From: Amoeboradix gromovi X-113
Taxonomy: Eukaryota > Fungi > Sanchytriomycota
DNA length: 6,292 nt
NCBI GenBank assembly: GCA_018985225.1
Contig: JADGIF010000592.1
Span: 1-6,292, forward strand
Direction: 5' to 3'
Shown piece by piece: positions 1 through 6,292 of the stretch. Within the stretch, counting starts at the first letter, position 1. Every line of letters starts with the position of its first letter. A model generated the notes under the pieces. The model was given only the letters and a program-made list of their open reading frames with translations, had not been told where the DNA came from and made no database searches. A program made the position numbers and the translations under genes.

Positions 1-129
1 TAAAATTAATAAAGCTGAAATAATGTTCCAAGTTGTTACAGAAAGTTAGTCCAGTTTTTATATTTGATGTCCCATTTTTATCATTGAAAACAAATTTCTC
101 GCTCTGACAACTTTAACTTTTTCGCTGAA

Positions 130-359
130 TCAGGGCGGTTTTGTTGAAATTAATTCTGCGTAGTCCAACTGTGGGTTTGTTTCAAGAAAAGTGCATAAGT
201 CTAATTTATCTGGTTCCATTCCACACTATTAAGGTCGCATGAATATTTTGGCTATTGAGAAGATTCTCTCGCAATTAATAGAAGTGGGTCTGATAGTACT
301 TAAATTTGATAAATTCTATACAACTTGCTTTCTTTGTATTTATTCCAGAAGCAATCAAT
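130..359 (-). pseudogene. hAT transposase C-terminal (dimerization domain / catalytic Glu region) relic
   Basis: Manual minus-strand translation gives IDCFWNKYKESKLYRIYQI (from 359), then a frameshift at about 303 to LSTIRPTSINCERIFSIAKIFMRP**CGMEPDKLDLCTFLETNPQLDYAELISTKPP*. This matches the hAT C-terminal consensus (W..........L....L.ipaTS...ER.FS.ag.i....R..l.p..ld.l.FL). It is disrupted by one frameshift and tandem TAA TAG at 231-226. Confidence 0.85.
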
Positions 360-967
360 CTTTTGGCTAGCACTGTGTAACTGATTCCCAATAACACCTT
401 ACTCTGTCGCCAATTCTTCCTTCAGAACACTTATGAGACGTGGATATGATACGGTTGTACCAAAATGCCTATATGATTTTATATAGAAGTGCCATCGTAT
501 CAATACAGGTCTCGATAAAATAAGCTTAATGAGAATTTATGTTACAAAAGCACCAGTTAATTCAAATGATTTTGGATTACTGACGGTTGGATATAAAAGA
601 ACTGAAATTGTAGTAAACTCGTCTTCTAATGCCTGATTGCATTTTTCTTTAATGAATGTGCTTGGTCTCTTCTAAAATGGAAGTCTCTTTGTTCATTATT
701 TGAAAAGCACCACTTGATGTATCCAAATCAATGCTTTCCATTATTACAGTCGTATTGATGTCGAAAGGCGATAAATGCATGTAAATATTTATTTAATGTT
801 GCACTATGCTATGCGTCTTTTTTGAGTAAGTTGTTTCTTGCCATAATGTATTGTACAATCTTCTACAATTACAATTTTGAAAACATAGATTTTTTGCTTT
901 TGAATGACCTAAATACTACAAAAAGCTGCTTGAAATTACTATTTCTATCAGCTAAATTAATGTGCCT

Positions 968-1010
968 GGATCAATCCCACCGACCTCAGGCTGAGATTAG
1001 GGATTAATCC
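968..1010. repeat. 43-bp inverted-repeat element
   Basis: GGATCAATCCC (968-978) and GGGATTAATCC (1000-1010) are a 10/11 inverted match. They enclose the inner inverted repeat CTCAG-G-CTGAG (985-995). The element is 22/43 G+C in AT-rich surroundings. Confidence 0.5.
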
Positions 1011-1868
1011 AAACTTAAATATCTAGGAATCAAGCAACTCTTGAATGTCTTATAAACAATGCAGGACAATACTTATTGGTCTCTAGAGGTCTCATATTGT
1101 GCCATTCTTGAAAGAGCTTCTGGCTGTGGAAAAGTGCGTTCTGCATATACTAGTAATTTCTTTAAATTTTTCGTGTTGATGATGAGAAGGTTTGGAGCCG
1201 TTTGCAATTGATGACATATTAGCGACTTCTTTAGAGCGGGACCCATTTCAATAGATGAAAGAAAGATTATCGAGTTTATGCCATTGGAAGCATCTGCAAT
1301 AATAATTACTGGTGCAATAAATTTCACGTAATAGTTACAAATGGGAAGTCGATAGCTGTACGATTTATTTAGTTCTGTTCTAAGTCCATGTCATACTCTC
1401 CACAAGAAGTATCAATTTAGTCCATAGTTAGATCCCTGTAAGCAAGCTTAGTTAAATATTCTATCTTTTGCAGTGTTTTTGATAAATCTCTTTGCAAGTC
1501 ATCTGTTACTTTAGGATTAGAATTAATCTTGTCAACATGTTTTTTTTCAAAGTTGTAAGGTGTTAGAAATTGTTTGCTGTTTGGTCGCAACAGTTTTCTT
1601 CGTTTCCAACTCGTCACTTCAATAGTATCTTGTTGCATGGAGAAAGCAACATATTTCCCACACAAGTGTCTAGATTCTCCTTAGTGCTTTCATGCTTGCG
1701 TTCAATACTAATATCTAGCCTGCCCATTTACTAAAGGTTGGGGTTTAATTTTGTTTTTGAAAGCTGGTGGCCAGGTCGGGGCTCAAAGTCAATCAGGAAT
1801 CTGTGATCAAATTAAGAATCTTTCAGGCGTAATAATTGGACAATGCAACCCTCAGACCTGTGAGACAA

Positions 1869-1874
1869 TATAAA
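1869..1874 (+). promoter_or_regulatory. Putative TATA box of the 1899 gene
   Basis: TATAAA ends about 25 nt upstream of the ATG at 1899. Confidence 0.45.
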
Positions 1875-1898
1875 TCGAAAGTGCAGCAGCTTTATCAA

Positions 1899-2999
1899 AT
1901 GAGGTTTCTATTCTTGATTTTACTCGAAGTAATGTCTATGACACCAGAACAAGTGAATAATATGAATTTGGATCATGAATTGGGGAATAAAGTCCAGCAA
2001 GTTAACGATCTTCTCAAAAGTATGGAAAAGCCGGAACGGCATGATTTTTGGGGTTTTAGTGAAAAAAGACTTGAACATACGTTTTGGGAATTGGAAAAAG
2101 AATATTTGAATAGTGGTAAAAATGAAGCATCAGTTATACGAAAGTTACAGCTATTGCGATCAGACGGTTTTGATATGAACCAGCTGGTGGAAAAGCATGC
2201 AAGGCAGTATGAAATTTTGCTCAATGAAATCGGCATCTTGGGAAAAGAAATTGAGCGCCCTGAAAATCCAATTTATGGTGAGCAAGTCCAGAAGTTGGAG
2301 AAGGAAAAAAAAATGGAATCAGAGAAAAAAGTATTAGAGCTCCTGAAAAGTGGTAAAGTACCCAGCAAGGAATTGAAAAAGGTTTTGGGTGACACTTGGA
2401 CTTCAGCAGAAATTTTAGAAAATAAAATCAAAGAGTTTAACAAATTATTAGGAGAAACAAAAAGATTACCACTTCTCTTTGAACGTCAAGAACGTGATGG
2501 CACACTACTACAGAAAATGGAAATGTCGAAGGTTGATTTGGAAGGCGCTGTGAAAAAAGAAAAGGATAAGAAGAATCTTAGTATCAGGGATAGATATAAG
2601 TTAAACCAACTTATCGAATCCACTTTATGGCAAAAATTCAAGAAGATGTTAAATGGTCTAGTCGAAACTGCTAGAAATTGGAAGAGAAATACAAAAGTTA
2701 GAATAGCAGAATATAAGCATTTATACGCAGCGCAAAAACTTAGAGGACCTCTCAAAGATCCAGTACAGTACATAAACGACTTAAACGCAGCGACTGCTAA
2801 GATTGAGGAGACAAAGAAACTATTGGAAAATCAGCGGAAAGCGGCTGGTGATTCATCACGGTTTAAAAAAATCCATGATAAAATTACTGAATCCAGACCC
2901 GGGAAAGCAGCCGCTGGTGTTAAAGCCTACATCCAGAGACAATGGAACTCTGCATTTCCGCCCAGCCATAAACCTGCACCCAAGCCTGTCGGTGCTTGA
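1899..2999 (+). CDS. Hypothetical secreted, K/E-rich alpha-helical repeat protein (366 aa), candidate effector
   Basis: This is a long uninterrupted ORF in AT-rich DNA. The ORF track starts at TTG 1836, but the first ATG (1899, context caaATG) begins a signal-peptide-like MRFLFLILLEVMS. There is a TATAAA upstream and an AATAAA at 3011. The protein has no Cys, carries internal repeats and ends in a Pro/Lys-rich tail. I recognise no family. Confidence 0.8.
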   Translation: MRFLFLILLEVMSMTPEQVNNMNLDHELGNKVQQVNDLLKSMEKPERHDFWGFSEKRLEHTFWELEKEYLNSGKNEASVIRKLQLLRSDGFDMNQLVEKHARQYEILLNEIGILGKEIERPENPIYGEQVQKLEKEKKMESEKKVLELLKSGKVPSKELKKVLGDTWTSAEILENKIKEFNKLLGETKRLPLLFERQERDGTLLQKMEMSKVDLEGAVKKEKDKKNLSIRDRYKLNQLIESTLWQKFKKMLNGLVETARNWKRNTKVRIAEYKHLYAAQKLRGPLKDPVQYINDLNAATAKIEETKKLLENQRKAAGDSSRFKKIHDKITESRPGKAAAGVKAYIQRQWNSAFPPSHKPAPKPVGA

Positions 3000-3010
3000 C
3001 CGCCTTAAAT

Positions 3011-3016
3011 AATAAA
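3011..3016 (+). terminator. Putative polyadenylation signal
   Basis: AATAAA lies 11 nt after the TGA stop at 2997-2999 and is followed by T-rich sequence. Confidence 0.45.
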
Positions 3017-3404
3017 ATATCATAACTGAACCAAAAATTTGTTTCAATTTTATTAGTGAACGCTATCTTCAAATTTTATTGTAATTATCAAAATACGCCA
3101 TAACAGCTATAACGCACAGACTTAAGATTGTATCAAAAACTAACTGAAATCTCACGCTTTAACATGTTCCGTCTGGTGAACTACGATTTTGATACTGATT
3201 TTATCACGGCGTTGAAGAGGTAGAGCCACTACAACTTTATGAAAAGGCTTTTGTCTTGACGAGCACAATCAAAACGAGGTCATATCCATTCCGGGGCAAC
3301 AATCTCGTACTCTCTGCAAAAGTCGGTTTAATGCACTCTATCAGTATACTTATGTCAGTTGAGAGTTGCAGCGCCCATGTGACTATTATTGCGCAATTTA
3401 AATT

Positions 3405-3490
3405 TTCCAGAATCTACGTTTCCGAGACGAATTAATTTTCCCAAAAAATACCGAACTCAAGAAACGTCAGCTGAAAAACATTCCAGAATC
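3405..3490 (+). promoter_or_regulatory. Putative BiP stress-response promoter: HSE-like elements and a CRE/UPRE-like core
   Basis: An exact 10-bp repeat TTCCAGAATC occurs at 3405-3414 and 3481-3490, each containing the nTTCnnGAAn heat-shock element core. A third unit is one mismatch off in each case (TAC at 3415, AAA at 3476). ACGTCA (TGACGT on the minus strand) lies at 3464-3469. Yeast KAR2 is known to be controlled by HSE and UPRE. Confidence 0.45.
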
Positions 3491-3501
3491 CCCCTGTGAC
3501 G

Positions 3502-5463
3502 ATGAAATCGATGTTGCTTTTAGGGACACTGGCTACTTTGTGTTATGCCAAGGAAGAAGCACAGACTGGCATCATGATTGGTATCGATTTAGGTACAACT
3601 TACTCTTGTGTTGGTGTATGGAGAAATGACCGTGTTGACATCATTCCAAATGACCAGGGTAACCGTATTACACCATCTTATGTTGCTTTTACCGAGAATG
3701 AGAGGTTGGTCGGTGATGCTGCGAAGAATCAGGCTGCAATGAACCCTTTAAACACTGTTTTTGATGCGAAGCGTCTAATCGGTCGTACCTGGGATGACGA
3801 GAAGCTTCAAGATGATAAGAAACTGTTACCATATGAAATCATTAATAAAAACGGCAAACCTAGCATTCGTGTTGAATGGTCCGGTGAGAAAAAGGAGTTA
3901 TTTCCTGAACAAATCTCAGGAGTCGTTTTGGAATACATGAAGAAGATTTCTGATACTTTTCTAGGCGAAAACATTACTAGTGCAGTCATCACTGTTCCTG
4001 CCTATTTTAACGATGCTCAGCGTACAGCTACTAAGGATGCGGGCAGATTAGCCGGTTTAAAAGTTGAAAGAATTTTGAACGAACCTACTGCAGCCGCTAT
4101 TGCTTATGGTTTGGATAAAAAAGACAAGGGCGAGGTTAACATTATTGTTTTTGACTTGGGAGGTGGTACATTTGATGTGTCCTTGTTAACTATCGATGGT
4201 GAAGTGTTTGAAGTACAAGCAACAAGTGGTGATACTCATTTAGGTGGTGAAGACTTCGACAACAATATTGTGGCATACTTTTCCACTCTATGGAAGCAAA
4301 AAACTAAAAAGGACGTTAAGAAAGATCCGCGTGCTGTTGGTAAATTAAAAAGAGAAGCTGAAAAGGCTAAACGCGCTTTAAGTAGCCAGCAAACTGTTAG
4401 GATTGAAATTGATTCATTGCAAGATGGAGTAGATTTCTCTGAACAATTGACTCGTGCCAAATTTGAAGAGTTGAATCTTGACTTGTTTAAAAAGACTATC
4501 AAACCTGTGAAGCGTGTACTTAAAGACAGTAGTATGTCTAAAAAAGACATTGATCAAGTTGTGTTGGTTGGTGGCTCTACTAGAATTCCTAAAGTCCAAG
4601 AATTGTTGAAAGAGTTCTTTGATGGCAAAGCTCTTAATTTTGATATTAACCCTGATGAGGCTGTTGCTTATGGTGCTGCTGTCCAAGCTAGTGTTTTAAG
4701 TAATCACCCGTCTCAGCGTAACGATCAAATTGCGTTGCTAGATGTCAATCCATTGTCTTTGGGTATTGAGACTACCGGAGGAGTCATGACCAAGCTTATC
4801 CCACGTGGTACTACCTTGCCTACCAAAAAATCTCAGATTTTTAGTACTGCAGCTGACAACCAGCAAACTGTTTTAATCCAGGTTTATGAAGGAGAGCGTA
4901 GTATGACTAAAGATAATAATATTCTTGGTCAGTTCGAATTGACTTCCATTCCTCCTGCACCCCGTGGCGTACCTCAAATTGAGGTTACTTTTGAGTTGGA
5001 TGTAAATTCCATTTTAAAGGTTAGCGCAGCAGACAAGGGAACAGATAAGGTTGCATCCATCACTATTGAACAAAACAAAGATAGGTTAAGTGACGAGGAA
5101 ATAGAAAAATTAGTCCAGGAAGCAGAGGAAAACGCAGATCAAGACAGAATCGCCAAGGAAATGGTCGAAGCTAAAAATAATCTGGACCAGTATCTTTATC
5201 AATTGAAGCAGCAAGTTAATGGAGATTTGGGTAAGAAGTTGAGCGCTGAAGATAAGAAGACCGTTTCGGCTGCTATAGAAGATGGTCTTACTTGGATTGG
5301 ATCGCATGAGAACAAGGCAACAAAGGAAGACTATGAAGAGAAGAAGGCCGAGGTAGAAGCAGTAGTTCAACCTATTATCAGCAAATCTTCCGGTTCTGGA
5401 GATGGCAAAAGTGGAGAAGCATGGGAAGCCGAAGATGATGACGATGACGATGATGAGTTGTAA
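3502..5463 (+). CDS. KAR2: ER-lumenal Hsp70 chaperone BiP/Kar2/GRP78 (653 aa)
   Basis: Hsp70 signatures are present: [77 protein letters not shown] and [15 protein letters not shown]. The N-terminal signal peptide [16 protein letters not shown] starts at ATG 3502, two codons after the ORF track's GTG 3496. The C-terminus is DDEL-stop, with no EEVD. The gene is intronless. Confidence 0.97.
   Translation: MKSMLLLGTLATLCYAKEEAQTGIMIGIDLGTTYSCVGVWRNDRVDIIPNDQGNRITPSYVAFTENERLVGDAAKNQAAMNPLNTVFDAKRLIGRTWDDEKLQDDKKLLPYEIINKNGKPSIRVEWSGEKKELFPEQISGVVLEYMKKISDTFLGENITSAVITVPAYFNDAQRTATKDAGRLAGLKVERILNEPTAAAIAYGLDKKDKGEVNIIVFDLGGGTFDVSLLTIDGEVFEVQATSGDTHLGGEDFDNNIVAYFSTLWKQKTKKDVKKDPRAVGKLKREAEKAKRALSSQQTVRIEIDSLQDGVDFSEQLTRAKFEELNLDLFKKTIKPVKRVLKDSSMSKKDIDQVVLVGGSTRIPKVQELLKEFFDGKALNFDINPDEAVAYGAAVQASVLSNHPSQRNDQIALLDVNPLSLGIETTGGVMTKLIPRGTTLPTKKSQIFSTAADNQQTVLIQVYEGERSMTKDNNILGQFELTSIPPAPRGVPQIEVTFELDVNSILKVSAADKGTDKVASITIEQNKDRLSDEEIEKLVQEAEENADQDRIAKEMVEAKNNLDQYLYQLKQQVNGDLGKKLSAEDKKTVSAAIEDGLTWIGSHENKATKEDYEEKKAEVEAVVQPIISKSSGSGDGKSGEAWEAEDDDDDDDEL
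5434..5454 (+). repeat. GAY trinucleotide run (poly-Asp x7) leading into the DDEL signal
   Basis: gat gat gac gat gac gat gat followed by gag ttg taa. Confidence 0.8.
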
Positions 5464-5466
5464 TAC

Positions 5467-5472
5467 AATAAA
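5467..5472 (+). terminator. Putative polyadenylation signal of BiP
   Basis: AATAAA starts 3 nt after the TAA stop at 5461-5463. Confidence 0.5.
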
Positions 5473-6292
5473 ACAATTGCTTTCAATCGAGTTTCTGGTC
5501 TTCTTCAGCTGGAATATCCTTAAACGTTGGCTAATTATAAGAGCACTGATTTAACTTGACTAATTTGAGAGTTTATCTATTTGTTCGTATATTAATGCCT
5601 TAACTTTACTATGGTCGCTTTCAAGCCTTGTGATTTCATTAACAGCCCTGGAGAATTCGCAATTCCGTCACTTTATTGGCTTTACAAAATTTATATCAAT
5701 AAGCTAGCGTAAGTGAATTTGTGGATGTAAAAACAAGTTTTATTGGAATTTTGACGGGTCATATTTGTAGCAGTATTTTATTTTCTTGGCAGCAAGTAGC
5801 TTATTATGGCCTTGAACATTTGATTTACAAGAAAAAAAACTCAAAAGTACTGTTTATGGCTCAAGTTGACTTTTATTACCATCGACTTGGCTACTAATTG
5901 TACCACATGATGATGGAGCTCTCTATATTTGAACTTGGTGTCATATCTTGTGGATTTCCATCAATAATATACTCAGATTGTCAAAGATTATCATATTTCT
6001 GTGTCGTATGATCTCTTGTTTTTAGGACTTAAATCTTGAGACATTAGATGTATAGCTAGATGATTTTCCGGTTATGAACCTGTTAAAGCCAAAAGCCCAT
6101 TTTCGCTATTTGGGACACCAAATATAAAAACTAGACCAACTCGTTTTTAAGGGTGCTCCATACGGAGGAAATGCTATCATTAATAAAAGATCTTCTATTA
6201 TACCAATTTTCTTTCATTGATTGTATTCCTCTTTTTAAAATAAAACTAGAAGACCCTGCATCTCGTTCATACATGAAAGGTCTTTGAGCATC

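Larger units (their letters stand above)
130..1730 (-). mobile_element. Degenerate hAT-superfamily DNA transposon (near full-length transposase relic)
   Basis: Motif remnants occur in the expected N-to-C order on the minus strand. They are a BED-finger-like HLCGKY...TSWKRRKL (from 1668), LTKLAYRDL (about 1455-1430), LNKSYSYRLP (1372-1343, like P.Y.lPsr), VIIIADAS (putative first catalytic Asp at 1294-1292), TAPNLL (1201-1184, like hTa.nl), a frameshifted NG/NM (1106-1093, like DNa.Nm), ISVLLYP (608-588, like at.LDP) and the PTS..CER.FS motif (288-256). The ~1.6 kb span fits a hAT transposase with deletions. I found no TIRs or TSD, and the boundaries are approximate. Confidence 0.6.

Noticed and set aside
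131-140. CAGGGCGGTT as a possible hAT terminal inverted repeat
   Set aside because: There is no matching inverted copy near 1730-1870 and no 8-bp TSD. It also overlaps the apparent end of the transposase reading frame.
226-231. Stop-codon reassignment (TAA/TAG read as Gln) to explain in-frame stops in the transposase
   Set aside because: BiP ends with TAA right after DDEL, and neither intact gene has internal TAA/TAG. The relic also has frameshifts, so decay explains the stops.
822-1007. 61-aa plus-strand ORF
   Set aside because: It has a TTG start, low-information sequence and lies antisense to the hAT relic, so it is likely spurious.
1836-1898. TTG start at 1836 (and GTG start at 3496) from the ORF track
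   Set aside because: In this eukaryotic context the downstream ATGs (1899, 3502) place signal peptides exactly at the N-terminus. The 1836-1898 stretch also contains the probable TATA box.
1973-3047. Short ORFs 1973-2236(-), 2486-2773(-), 2803-3012(+) and 2856-3047(-)
   Set aside because: These are shadow ORFs overlapping the 366-aa gene, with no recognisable motifs.
3199-3435. Stop-free plus-strand frame of about 78 codons in the intergenic region (FYHGVEEVEPLQLYEK...)
   Set aside because: It has no early ATG, no recognisable motif, and runs into the BiP promoter.
3807-5370. Antisense ORFs within BiP (3807-3992, 4236-4550, 4414-4686, 5110-5370)
   Set aside because: Antisense open frames are a well-known by-product of Hsp70 codon usage, and these have no independent coding evidence.
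3496-5463. Bacterial DnaK or cytosolic Hsp70 interpretation
   Set aside because: The signal peptide, [19 protein letters not shown] motifs, C-terminal DDEL, lack of EEVD and absence of grpE/dnaJ neighbours indicate eukaryotic ER BiP.
1899-5463. Functional coupling of the secreted protein and BiP as a dedicated chaperone-client system
   Set aside because: Only adjacency and shared orientation support it, and each gene has its own apparent promoter and poly(A) signal. Conserved synteny or co-expression would be needed.
1-6292. tRNA, rRNA, snRNA or CRISPR arrays
   Set aside because: By eye I found no cloverleaf or box A/B pattern, no conserved rRNA or snRNA motif and no regularly spaced repeats. 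An Rfam/Infernal scan would be needed to fully exclude small ncRNAs.

Overview
AT-rich eukaryotic DNA, most likely from a fungus or a fungal-related lineage; this is inferred from the Kar2-like substrate-binding domain sequence. From left to right it contains four segments. (1) A heavily decayed hAT-superfamily DNA transposase relic on the minus strand (about 130-1730), with frameshifts and in-frame stops. Its C-terminal dimerization/catalytic-Glu motif is clear and the upstream motifs are weaker but in the expected order. (2) An intronless 366-aa gene I do not recognise (1899-2999, +). It encodes a probably secreted, Cys-free, Lys/Glu-rich helical protein with about three degenerate ~70-76-aa tandem repeats, making it a candidate effector. 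(3) An intronless ER Hsp70, BiP/Kar2 (3502-5463, +), with a signal peptide, a DDEL retrieval signal, HSE-like and CRE/UPRE-like upstream motifs, and several replaced conserved glycines. (4) An unassigned, possibly decayed coding tail (about 5480-6292). Both intact genes have AATAAA within about 12 nt of the stop codon, suggesting very compact transcripts. I see no convincing multi-gene novel system. The most interesting item is the orphan secreted repeat protein between a transposon relic and BiP.
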